Source: an uncultured Nitrososphaerota archaeon (GTDB lineage: Archaea; Thermoproteota; Nitrososphaeria; Nitrososphaerales; CADDZS01). From it: a DNA stretch of 64,000 nt. Where the stretch lies: positions 1,024,001-1,088,000 of the forward strand of contig CAWCYI010000006.1 of NCBI GenBank assembly GCA_963799845.1, given 5' to 3'. Both the position numbers and the translations under genes were made by a program. The notes under the pieces are model-generated. The model worked only from the letters and a program-made list of their open reading frames with translations, was not told the DNA's origin and ran no database searches. This document shows, piece after piece, positions 43,032 through 53,062 of this stretch (the first letter of the stretch is position 1; every line of letters starts with the position of its first letter).

Positions 43032-43421
43032 GTGAATATTTTTGATATTCCTGCACAACTAGTAATTCTGGATATGGTCTCGATTGTAGCAGCCTTGGGT
43101 GTGGGCTACTATGCTGCAAGAATGTTCAATCACATGAGACGGGGGCGATTGGAGAAAGGATGGAACTGGATGATATTCGGCGCGCTGGTGACTGCAATCG
43201 GATATTTTTTTCTAACTATCGAGGACTTTTTTCTAGCTTATTCCTTTTATTATTCGAGCTTGGACTATGTTGGGACTGCGATTTGCACGGTGGGTCTGGT
43301 CTTCCTCATGTTTGGAATCCGCTCGCACTATTCAGCATGGTCTCCAAACAGATTAAAGGTCCATATTGCTTCGAGAGCTGAAAAACGGGAAAACAGCGAG
43401 GCCATATCAGATTCTAGTTAG
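43032..43421 (+). CDS. Small multi-TM membrane protein
   Basis: Three hydrophobic helices, GRLEKGW motif; 14 bp after the HTH gene. Confidence 0.7.
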   Translation: MNIFDIPAQLVILDMVSIVAALGVGYYAARMFNHMRRGRLEKGWNWMIFGALVTAIGYFFLTIEDFFLAYSFYYSSLDYVGTAICTVGLVFLMFGIRSHYSAWSPNRLKVHIASRAEKRENSEAISDSS

Positions 43422-43625
43422 GGTACACGTTGATCGATGACCTGAAACTTTTTCACCGGATTTGAAAGCTGCAACATCCACCAAAGGGCGATTTTGTAAT
43501 TTTCGAAAATGAAGCAGGTGTATCTCGTCTCCGTTTGTCTTTCATACTAGGCAGATGGATTAACTAATGTCGCGACAGCTCATGGAAGAAAATGATCGTG
43601 TTTGCCGAAGGCACCGGCCGTACTG

Positions 43626-44896
43626 TTATCCGGAGCCTACCCAGTCAACGTAGCCCATATTTCCGATGGGGCTACTCATGTTAGTGGTAACTCCAGTAGA
43701 GTTGTCAAAGAAAAGAAGCATCCCTCTATTTGTTGATGGGGTATCGTATCCTCCGATTACGAGCGTTGTGCCACTGTAATTTAGAGATAAGACGGAAGAA
43801 GCTCCAGTGGCGAGGACATTCGCGGGAATCGCGTCGATCTCTTTGAATTTCTCATTGTCGATCGGCTTATACGATGCCACCAACTCTGCCCGGAGCCCGT
43901 GATCGATATGGGAAGGCCCCCACCTAACAACCAGAGGCTACTTTGAGTGTTCCAAATAATCTTGTTTACTGAGTTTGGGTAATTCAACTGCTGAGAAGAA
44001 CTCAAAACAGAATTCAAATTGTTGGTTAAGGAAATAAACGACTTTCCTGTGTATTCAGCAAGAAATCCCATTCCTCCAATCAGCCAATCCTTCCCGTTCC
44101 ACGCGATGCTTGTCACAGCTCCCTGAACTTTTGTCGCAGATTGAAGCAGAGTAGTGAGAAACGAGAACGCTCCCGTAATCGGAGTGTACTTGAACAGTAT
44201 TCCCGAACTCAAATAGCCTCCGCCGACAAGCCAATAATGGCCATTCCATGCGCTGGCATATATGATGAAATCGGCCTGATGCTTCTCAAATCCCTTTGCT
44301 CCAGAGAGATCTATAAAGTTCGATCCATTGAACAGGCCAAGGGCCATGTGATTATCGCATACTTGATTTCCGCAACCGGTTGCTCCTCCCTGATTAGAAC
44401 TACAACCGGGCTGAAAGGAAGGGAGACATCCTGAACCCAAACCACCAACTAGCCAGTTTCCCTTTCCCCCGAAACTTGCAGTAAAGATATCTCCTCCCCA
44501 CCAGCTTGACATCTTGCTTTCGATCAGGGAATTGTTGAACGAGACTGAATTGAGAGACTGGTCATATAGGTTGATCTGAGGGCTGTGCAAATTTCCAGAT
44601 GAACAGCAGAATCCTGATACCAACCACTGTGAGCTGTTACTTGCGCCGGTCCAAATCGAACCAGAAGATGGCGTCGGCAATCCGGTCGTCAAATTCGCAA
44701 CTTCATTTCCTGAGCTCATCGACATTTGAAGAAAAATTGGACTCTGATTTGGTGTAAACCAAGTGCCAGTTTCACCGCCAATAAGTATGTAGGGAGGAGT
44801 GATGGAAGTGGCGGAAGTCGCAATGGATGAAGAACTAAAACCCAAAAGTAAAATTGTGATCAAAATCAAGGAACTTTTTTTGAGATCTAGTTCCAT
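43626..44896 (-). CDS. Secreted WNG..WLIGG repeat protein, paralog of 39826-41194
   Basis: Signal peptide; shared blocks ILIGGETGTWFT, WWGGDIF, NHMALGLFNG, WNGHYWLVGGGYL; frameshift near 43884. Confidence 0.8.
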
Positions 44897-45116
44897 CTAA
44901 AATTGCCAAACAGAAAAAATTTCTGAGATTATTTAAAAGAGAATGATTGGTTCCATTCATTGGATAGTTGTGACTCACAAGAATGAATGATTGTCTTTCG
45001 AATCCCATGATTCACGCGAAAATAGAATATAGCCTACCGCCCTAAGCGCAATTATGTTTTATTTACGAGATTGTGTCTCTCGATATTACGAGTTCCGATA
45101 TCCTAGACGAAATGAA

Positions 45117-45803
45117 CTAGCCACCGATCTGGAGTCGAACGTCGTCTGAATCGCAGATCTGCGCGTCGTACCAATACTTTTCATATACTAGGGCCTTTTC
45201 GTGCGACAGTCCCATTATTCCTCCGGGATCATCGAAGGCTGCAACACAATCGCTAACCATGACTGGGACGAATCCACGGAAGAAAGCATCAGCAGCTGTG
45301 TGTTTGTTGCAACAGTTCGTGTGCAGGCCCGTGATATACAATTTGTCCCCAGGCTTAAAGCCGAGTTTCTTTAACAAAGCATCCATTGCAGTGGATCGTC
45401 CTCCATTGTCGGAAAAACCGCTGTAAGTCCCCTTTTCGACTTCAAACAAGAGCTCGTTTCTCTTGATTTTTGACACGTCTGATGGCGTCCAATTTCTCTC
45501 CAAAATGCGGACCTTGGGTTTTTCTGGGAGCAAACCGTTGATGATCTTCGAACCTTCAGTTCCCTTCATCGAATGAGGTCCCCATCTCTTAAGCTCGAAA
45601 TCTGACTGCAGGTGGCGATCGGTTGAATAAATTACAGGGTGATTCGAATTGAGAAAATCATCTTCTAAATCGCGGATACGGGGAACCAGTCCCAGACCTC
45701 GCTCGAGGGCTAAACCTTCGTTGTAACTTTTAAGTAGAAAATCATTTGTCATATCCACGATGATTAGAGCAGATTCCGGACTCCGGGCTTTCGTACTCGG
45801 CAT
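45117..45803 (-). CDS. Isochorismatase/nicotinamidase-family cysteine hydrolase
   Basis: IIVDMTNDF, DRH, WGPH, EKGTYSGF, GLHTNCC. Confidence 0.9.
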   Translation of the reverse strand: MPSTKARSPESALIIVDMTNDFLLKSYNEGLALERGLGLVPRIRDLEDDFLNSNHPVIYSTDRHLQSDFELKRWGPHSMKGTEGSKIINGLLPEKPKVRILERNWTPSDVSKIKRNELLFEVEKGTYSGFSDNGGRSTAMDALLKKLGFKPGDKLYITGLHTNCCNKHTAADAFFRGFVPVMVSDCVAAFDDPGGIMGLSHEKALVYEKYWYDAQICDSDDVRLQIGG

Positions 45804-46224
45804 ACTTTCGTTAGATAGATTTTCTCAGCATCCTTATTTCATTTTCTTTGAAACTATGCGATAGATTAGAAGTAGTTCCCAAGCTTAGTTTGATAATACG
45901 TAAAATGATTCATTTGTGATATCAGAAAAAAGTGAACTCGTACAATCCGGAGCTGAGGCGGGACCTACGGAATCATTCGCGTTAAGGAAGTTTCCCAGAT
46001 TTGATCTATTATTCAGTTAGTAGAATTCAGGTACCGAGTCGATCTTATCTAGCATAAAAATAGCATTTCCAAGTGCTTTCTTAAAGCTCAGACCGAGTCA
46101 GGCCAAGAGAGAAAATTCTCCGAGAATGGCAAATCTCTATTGGAGCACAATAGCCAAAGTTTTTAAATTCGTACAAACCGTTCAAACGCTAATCGTTCTT
46201 TGTTTTAGGGAGTAGAGTAGTTAA

Positions 46225-46572
46225 ATGTCTGCTGAAATTTCAAGTAACCTGCCAACTTTTCGGGAAACGATTGTTCTTTACATAATCAAGGAAAACTATG
46301 CTGTAACCGGCTATCGGATTAGAAAGATGTACGTTCAGGCCACCGGGAAGGAAATGAGCTTCGGAACGCTAGTTCCAATGCTACACAGATTTGAAAAAGA
46401 AGGTTTGGCGATAAAAGAAAGAGAAAGTGAAGATGCTCCACTTGCATATAATTGGCATGTTACTCCGCTTGGAATGGAGAAGTTGGACGAATTGCTCAAC
46501 ATACTTGACAAGATGTTGAGAAAACAAAGCCAACAAGAACAACAACTTCCGCAGATCCCCATTCAAGATTAG
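46225..46572 (+). CDS. PadR family transcriptional regulator
   Basis: TGYRI, SFGTLVPMLHRFEKEGL, VTPLG. Confidence 0.8.
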   Translation: MSAEISSNLPTFRETIVLYIIKENYAVTGYRIRKMYVQATGKEMSFGTLVPMLHRFEKEGLAIKERESEDAPLAYNWHVTPLGMEKLDELLNILDKMLRKQSQQEQQLPQIPIQD

Positions 46573-47012
46573 GGATCAAATCCCCCCTTTACTCTTGAAG
46601 GGATTTCATTCAGCACTAAGTGTATAATTCAAAAGCGTGCTTCAGCTCGGCCGAGTGTAATTCCCAATCACAGGAGAGACATAGGAACTTTTTATGCACT
46701 GAGCAGTACGTCACATCTTCGTCCTTGCCGCAAATTTCGCAAAAACCATAATCCACCATATGCCCTCGCCTTTCCGTGACTGCCTAGCTATAGGTTAGAG
46801 CATGATTTAACCGTTTGATGAAAAGTATGGATAATTTAGGTCAAAGAGGTGATATTCGCCCTTTTTGGAGCAAAGATGTTAGCTGCTCTGCGTGCCAATG
46901 TATCCTCAATTTGATCAAATACTAGTTGAGAAAAGTTATAACTCAAACAGGATGTCTTTGTGGAGATACAAGCCGATCGCTTGCTGATTGACATCTTCCG
47001 GAGAACAACTTA

Positions 47013-48008
47013 ATGATATTCGGTTTTCATCCACTCACAGATTTCTTTTCGCCTAAAAGAATGCTCGAGGAAACGGTGGCGGCAGAAAGGTTTGGCTTCA
47101 GCGAGATTTTCTACGCTGATCACTTCCATCCTTGGACTGTTGCAGAAGGGACAACTTTTGCTTGGACGTTAATCGCCTCGGCAGCTGAAAGAACATCAAA
47201 GGTCAAGATCGGAACCGCGGTAACATGCCCGATGTTACGATACAACCCGGCGATCGTTGCGCAGGCTTTTGCAACTCTGGCTTCGACCTACGAAGAAAGA
47301 GTATTTCTCGGTGTGGGGACAGGAGAGGCATTGAATGAAGTTCCTGTCGGGTATGAATGGCCAAGTGGGAAGATCAGAATCGAGATGCTCGAAGAGGCCG
47401 TACAGATAATCAGATTGCTCTGGGCGAATGATTACGTGACATTCAAGGGAAATCATTACTCAATCAAAGATGCAAATCTTTTTACGAAGCCCTCAAGACC
47501 AATCCCTCTTTACATCTCTGCCCTGGGCCCAAAGTCCGCCTACCTTGCGGGAAAGCTGGGCGACGGCTGGATCACGCTAAACCTGCCCGAAGATCGAATA
47601 AAGCATACTTTGTTACCCAAATTCGAGCAAGGGTTCCAAGATAGATCAGATAATAAAGAATATCAAACAGGACAACGCCCACGAAAAATCGCTGAGATTG
47701 TTGTTTCCTATGATGACGATATCGACAAGGCGATCGAAGCTTGCAGACCTTTTGCTGGAACCTTTTCACCGAAGGTATTCCAAAATGAGTTGATAGATCC
47801 TCGCGAGATAAAGGCACTTGGAGATCAGGTCGACAAAAGAGCTATTGAAGAAAGAATGCTCGCGACTGATGGCGTCGAAAAAATAATCGCGACTGTTGAA
47901 AAATTCGAAAGACTCGGTTTTGACTGCGTCGAGGTGGCGAGCCTCAGCCCCGATCAGAACAGATTCATGAGCGTATTCAGAGAAAGAGTTGCATCACATT
48001 TCAATTGA
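47013..48008 (+). CDS. F420-dependent LLM-class oxidoreductase (FGD-like family)
   Basis: DHFHPW, GTAVTCP, RYNPAIVAQAFATL, GVGTGEALNE. Confidence 0.92.
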   Translation: MIFGFHPLTDFFSPKRMLEETVAAERFGFSEIFYADHFHPWTVAEGTTFAWTLIASAAERTSKVKIGTAVTCPMLRYNPAIVAQAFATLASTYEERVFLGVGTGEALNEVPVGYEWPSGKIRIEMLEEAVQIIRLLWANDYVTFKGNHYSIKDANLFTKPSRPIPLYISALGPKSAYLAGKLGDGWITLNLPEDRIKHTLLPKFEQGFQDRSDNKEYQTGQRPRKIAEIVVSYDDDIDKAIEACRPFAGTFSPKVFQNELIDPREIKALGDQVDKRAIEERMLATDGVEKIIATVEKFERLGFDCVEVASLSPDQNRFMSVFRERVASHFN

Positions 48009-48038
48009 AGTGCGGTACGAATTTAGTTCGCTGCAAAA

Positions 48039-48395
48039 CTAGCTCATTAGCTTCTGCAAGCGCATCAGATCATCCATCGGCCCCTTAACTTTCAGCTTGC
48101 CGGTCATGTAAGCAGTCATTGGATTGGACGTTTTGTTCATGATACCTTCCATCAGGGAATTTGCGACAGTAATCACAATGTTCGCGTTTGGAAGACTCTT
48201 CTTCTCAACATTCGCGAGTTTTCCATCGTCAACAGTAAACACATAGTCCTCCTTGAGATCGGTGAATGAAAACTGCATCGTCTTGCTGAAACCTTTGAGT
48301 GATTCTTGAACTGAAGGATCAGCGAACCTTTCTTTCAATTTTGCCACTGATCCAGGCGCACTTCCGCTACTGGGGGTGGGAGATGTGGTTGACAT
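48039..48395 (-). CDS. SCP2 sterol/lipid-binding domain protein
   Basis: NPMTAYMTGKLKVKG motif; likely start at ATG 48395. Confidence 0.88.
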   Translation of the reverse strand: MSTTSPTPSSGSAPGSVAKLKERFADPSVQESLKGFSKTMQFSFTDLKEDYVFTVDDGKLANVEKKSLPNANIVITVANSLMEGIMNKTSNPMTAYMTGKLKVKGPMDDLMRLQKLMS

Positions 48396-48874
48396 GGCTC
48401 TATCTGGTTCGCTATTCATGTTTAAGCTTATACCGAGACTAACTATCTGAGTTCGTACGTAACTATGGCAAATATCGAAAAGGATACATCTGGCAGTACA
48501 CGAGATAGTTGTCAACATGTCGAATGTACGAGATAGTTGGCGGTTTGTGATTATTTGTTAGTTAAAGCGTGTTCCGTACGAAACGTGACATTTTGATGAT
48601 TCATTTCAATCCAGAGATCCTTATCGTTTCTGAAGATAGGTGAAATCCGATCAATTTCGAATCTAGGATTGACAACTTCCTCTTAGTCGTAGTTAGCGCC
48701 ATTGGTCTACTAAGTTGACACAAATAGAGAAAAGCTGAGCGTGCGTCTAAACGTTTGGTGCAAATCTCTCCCGTGAAAATCTTCTATTGAAGAAGGAATA
48801 TTAAACATCATCAAGTCACTCCTGTCTGCCTGCTATTTTCCTTTTTTCTCCGATTGTGACGGCCAAGCATGCGA

Positions 48875-50041
48875 TCAAGATTCGTTGAGTACCTGCTCCA
48901 GTACGCTAACGTCCGATGAAAGGCTTTTGGCTAGCTCTGGAACGCTCTCTGGTAGTATCGCGTCTTTGATGACTCTTTGAGCATTGAAGGATGTTTGCCT
49001 CATCTTCTTCGCTGTCAGATACTTGTCCTCCTCGACGTACCTCTGCTTGAATGTAAGCATCTTCCAGACAATGCAGGCGAGTTTCCTTGCAGCATCAACC
49101 TGAGCCTCCTGAGGAGCTTTCCCCCTCTTGATGTGCTTCAGGTAGACTCTTTTGACAGCAGAATCCGTCTTGGCTTTCACGGCTCCACTCACTGCGCATG
49201 TTAGAGCGTACTTCAATATGACGTCGCCGTGCTTTACGTGTTCGTGGTGGGACTCACGCTCTCCACTGTTGTCAGCACCTGGAACGACTCCGGCATACGA
49301 GCAGAGATGTTTCTTTGTGGGGAACCTTGAAGCGTCTCCTATTCTTGCCTTGATGGCTACTGCGGTGAAAGCATTGATGCCAGGGTGACTGAACAGAAGC
49401 TGGCAGTCTTCGTCTGAGGCTGCCATCTTTGCAATCTCGGTCTCAACCTCCGTATGCTGGGTTGCATAGAACTTGAGCTCCGAAAGATGCAATGCGAGAG
49501 CCAGCCTGTCTTGCTTTGGAAGCTCTATCTCTCCGAGCTTTTGAAGACCTCCGTTACTGAACACGTCAGAGAATTCTGAGAACTCGCTCTGGACCATGTT
49601 TCTCTCCAGTAGAGTCTGGATCTGGTTCTTTACTCTCGATATCTTTGCGCCAATCTCTATCTGTTGGGTCACAAGAAAGCGCATGTCTTCTATGTACTGT
49701 GAGGGAACGTAGCACCTTCTCAAGTAGCCCAGTGCATCCTCCTTGACGATACGCTCGCAGTCTCTCTTATCGGTTTTCACAGATGCTTTCTTCTCTGGTG
49801 GCGCAACCATGTGAATCACGTGCTGGTTTGATGCGAAAGAAGAAATCATTCTCGTGACCGCCTTTCCAGTTGTGCTAGATTCGATGACAAATACAGATTT
49901 GTCCGGAATCTTTGCTAGCATCTCAGAGACTCCTGCCCTGCTCGTCTTGAAGACGAAGGATTGTATGGGTGACTCTTCTCCGTCCGCGAAGACCTGCGTG
50001 GTGCAGCTCTTCTTATGTGCGTCTATTCCGACTCTCGTCAT
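48875..50041 (-). CDS. IS110 family DEDD recombinase/transposase
   Basis: GIDAHK, IESST, KTDKRD; C-terminal HPGI, SYAGVVP..NSG, ARKL. Confidence 0.95.
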   Translation of the reverse strand: MTRVGIDAHKKSCTTQVFADGEESPIQSFVFKTSRAGVSEMLAKIPDKSVFVIESSTTGKAVTRMISSFASNQHVIHMVAPPEKKASVKTDKRDCERIVKEDALGYLRRCYVPSQYIEDMRFLVTQQIEIGAKISRVKNQIQTLLERNMVQSEFSEFSDVFSNGGLQKLGEIELPKQDRLALALHLSELKFYATQHTEVETEIAKMAASDEDCQLLFSHPGINAFTAVAIKARIGDASRFPTKKHLCSYAGVVPGADNSGERESHHEHVKHGDVILKYALTCAVSGAVKAKTDSAVKRVYLKHIKRGKAPQEAQVDAARKLACIVWKMLTFKQRYVEEDKYLTAKKMRQTSFNAQRVIKDAILPESVPELAKSLSSDVSVLEQVLNES

Positions 50042-50082
50042 TGGTTTCGATTCATACTCCTATTGTTTGACTGGTTGTTTGC

Positions 50083-50262
50083 GTCATGGATCCCAGACCG
50101 ACAATCTCCCGTACGTCCATTATGGACAAGCGGGCCGGTCGTTTCGATCATCGTCAATTGTGACGATGACTGTGCAGCCATGCTGGGGAACATGCACAAG
50201 GCACAAGAGATTCGAAGGCTGCGGGGATCCATGACCACAACTCCAGCTGTCTCTTGCTGGAG
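50083..50262 (-). ncRNA. Predicted bridge RNA of the IS110 element
   Basis: 12-bp closing stem, 9-bp and 7-bp hairpins, two internal loops with 7-nt guides matching target and donor junctions. Confidence 0.85.
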
Positions 50263-50686
50263 GGGAGAGGCTAATCTAAGATTTTCATGCCCGCTGGGAA
50301 TTCGGCGCACATCCCACGATTTACGCTCGAAAAAGTGGATTCTATGAACTCGTGATGGGTGCGAAGGGGATGGGATTTGCTCCTACTGTAGATTAGGATG
50401 GTAAATAACTATCAACGCTCTAAATGCAAAGAAGGAAGAACACCGGGCTAAAGTTTCTCGGAATTGAAGCCAAGGATCCTCGGTCCATGGTGTATCCAGA
50501 CCTCAAACTTTGAGCGACCTTAATAATAGGAACCAGAAAATTGGTTCTTCTCATCTATTTCTGTCTTGTTGCACTCGCTGGTTCTAGTCTTCAGAACAGC
50601 GTATGTGGAGAGAAGGAACGAATCCTCAGTGTTCTTGAGCCTAGAACTAAATAGTCAATTCAGAATTATTCCAAAACAAAGAAACC

Positions 50687-51130
50687 ATGCAAATCGCTAG
50701 AAGCTTGTTTATCGGAGTCGTGCTGACGGTTTTCGTAGCAGCATTCTTGGTCGGCATTGGGTTCACAGATAGTACCGTCCAGCAACAGACTACCTCTTTT
50801 ACTACAACTACAACCACGACTATGTTTGTGTCGGAAAAGCTCGATAATTCTAACATCTCGATAGTAAAGGAGATTCTAATAGAGCACGTGTTGACCAATG
50901 AAATTTGTGTGGCTAACCTCGAAAATACAACCGTTACCACTACGCTATTTTCGGCAACTGGCAACTCAGAAAATAGTCTCTACGTTACGTTGTCAACGAT
51001 AACCATTTCCTATGACTCCACAAGCACAATCTACGAGAATGCCACCATCATCTCCAATGGCAGTACTTGCACGGAAATCAATCCCTACTACAACGTGTCA
51101 ACGACCAATTCAAATTGCGAGTGTGTTTGA
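50687..51130 (+). CDS. Membrane-anchored Thr-rich hypothetical protein
   Basis: N-terminal TM, Thr runs, several N-x-S/T sequons, four Cys. Confidence 0.7.
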   Translation: MQIARSLFIGVVLTVFVAAFLVGIGFTDSTVQQQTTSFTTTTTTTMFVSEKLDNSNISIVKEILIEHVLTNEICVANLENTTVTTTLFSATGNSENSLYVTLSTITISYDSTSTIYENATIISNGSTCTEINPYYNVSTTNSNCECV

Positions 51131-51441
51131 TCGTTCAATTACAAGCGATATCAATCAAGGGATATTGATCAGCTGGATTAACAACCGAAACAAGACAGTT
51201 GTTGGAACAGCATCGCAACAAAGTTAATGAAATATGAAGAACCGCCTAGCAAATTTTGGAAATAGATCCTGGAAAGAGGCCATTTTCATCACTATTTTTT
51301 GGGGCAGTTCACTTTTGGAACTCTCGTTATTCGGCAAAGTCCGCCTGGTTCCAGCACGATCGATAACAATCGCTGAGTGAGGGACTAGGGAAATGCTGAT
51401 ACTTGTTGCCGTTTCCAGTCTGAACGGCTGACTTGGAATAT

Positions 51442-51729
51442 CTATAGCAGTATCTTCCCGAGCGAAATGATTGATGTGAAGTAGAGTCCCACGAGCATAC
51501 ATAAGATGCCCAAAATCACGACCCCGAGCCCTCTGTTCCTTTTTCCGGCCTCTCTTCTCCACAAGTAGGCCCCCATGATTATGGCCAATGAGCATAACAG
51601 TTCGGGAAAGACGAAGAGACCGAAAGCCGCGCTCGCGATTCCCAGAATGAAGTAGTATTCATTCCGGTCCGATTCCACCTTAAAGGCCTCTGGGTGTTCG
51701 GAAGAGGTACCCTTCCGCTGATTGGACAC
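51442..51729 (-). CDS. Small membrane protein (DUF4190-like)
   Basis: ILGIAS...LAIIMG...RGLGVVILGI pattern. Confidence 0.6.
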   Translation of the reverse strand: MSNQRKGTSSEHPEAFKVESDRNEYYFILGIASAAFGLFVFPELLCSLAIIMGAYLWRREAGKRNRGLGVVILGILCMLVGLYFTSIISLGKILL

Positions 51730-52168
51730 AGTGAGTCATCTGCATCTTGACTGATCTCCTTCTCTATTTATGGTTCTTACAGTGTTTACATATACATGTC
51801 ATAGACATTTTTTCATCACTTCGCCATGGAGTTCGGCTCGCTTGTCTTTTTCTCGAGCCGCCCTAATCAGGATAGCCTCCGCAATCTGATCCCTCAACTT
51901 TGAAGACAGGATTAAGACTCATCAACGAGATCTTGGAATATCCTGGCAGTCTCCGTTCTCATGTATTCTCTTCTCTTCCGTTCCTCGAGAGAGCCCGAGT
52001 TCATACCTTTGTAGTAAGAGCGAGAGTGGTTCTTTAACAGATGGATTTGCCCACGATGCATACGAATCTGTTCTTTTCATGGACAACGACTTCGTCGAGC
52101 GCGCCGACGTTACCCCGCTGAGTCTCATACGTCACTGTCAGGTCTCCACGTTAATTAGTTCCACCAGC

Positions 52169-53053
52169 TTATTTCACATCCAAAGCGTCTCTCAGACCGT
52201 CTCCCAGAAGACTGAAACCAACCACGCTTATCGCAATCATAAGACTGGGGAATAAGGGTAACCACGGCGCTGAGATTAGGTCGTCCTGATAGAGATCCAC
52301 CATTTGTCCCCAGTCAACGTGGGGCGGAGTGACGGCTAAACCCAAGTAGCTGAGTCCCGCATATACCAGAACTATGGTCCCCACGTCAAGAGTGGCATAG
52401 ACGAGCAGAATGAAGATCACGTTATGATATATGTGTCTGAAGATAATCCGAACACGGCTGATCCCGCTCATCCGTGCTGCTTCAATGAAACTTTGCTGAA
52501 CAACTTTCAGTGTTTCACCTCTCGCCAGCCTAGCATAGGTTGGCCACCAGACTATCATCAGGACAATCGTCATATTTCTTATTCCAGGCCCCAGTATCAC
52601 CGCAATTACTATGGCAAGAACCAAGACGGGAAGAGCGAAGAAGACATCCGTGACTCTCATTAGCGCCTCGTCGAAGATCCCACCGAAGTAAGCCGCGAAG
52701 GACCCAATCAATAAACCAGCAGCTAACCCGATCGCCACCACAGTTATGCTTACCCCCATATCCGTGGGCATCACTGAGATTACCTCGCTGAAGAGATCCC
52801 TTCCGAGGCTGTCGGTCCCAAACAGATGACTCCATGACGGGGGCGACAGACGGGGTCCGACGAGCAATTGTATCGGGTCATATGGTGTGATTCTCGCACC
52901 GAAGAGGCCGAAGATAAAGACGGCAAGCGAGATAACCATGTAAACGGAGACGATAATGGAGCCGGCTAGCAAGCCCGGGTGGTCCCGCATGCGCTGTAAA
53001 ATTGATCGGAGTCTCGTACCTGTTTTCATTTCTGTGGAGTTACTGTTGCTCAA
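52169..53053 (-). CDS. dppC: Peptide/nickel ABC transporter permease, DppC-type
   Basis: HLFGTDSLGRD, FIEAARMSG, LLGDGLRDALD. Confidence 0.93.
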   Translation of the reverse strand: MSNSNSTEMKTGTRLRSILQRMRDHPGLLAGSIIVSVYMVISLAVFIFGLFGARITPYDPIQLLVGPRLSPPSWSHLFGTDSLGRDLFSEVISVMPTDMGVSITVVAIGLAAGLLIGSFAAYFGGIFDEALMRVTDVFFALPVLVLAIVIAVILGPGIRNMTIVLMIVWWPTYARLARGETLKVVQQSFIEAARMSGISRVRIIFRHIYHNVIFILLVYATLDVGTIVLVYAGLSYLGLAVTPPHVDWGQMVDLYQDDLISAPWLPLFPSLMIAISVVGFSLLGDGLRDALDVK

Positions 53054-53062
53054 AGCTCTTCG

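Larger units (their letters stand above)
48768..50295 (-). mobile_element. IS110 family element bounded by CT core dinucleotides
   Basis: Cores at 48768-48769 and 50294-50295; sub-terminal IRs TGAAAATCTT (48774-48783) and AAGATTTTCA (50278-50287); ends supported by guide matches in the internal RNA. Confidence 0.9.

Noticed and set aside
49854-50347. Short ORFs upstream of the IS110 recombinase
   Set aside because: No protein motifs; the region is better explained by RNA stems and guide matches
51780-52128. Protein-coding gene downstream of dppC
   Set aside because: Only short broken frames with no recognisable family; not a DppD/F ATPase remnant that I can support
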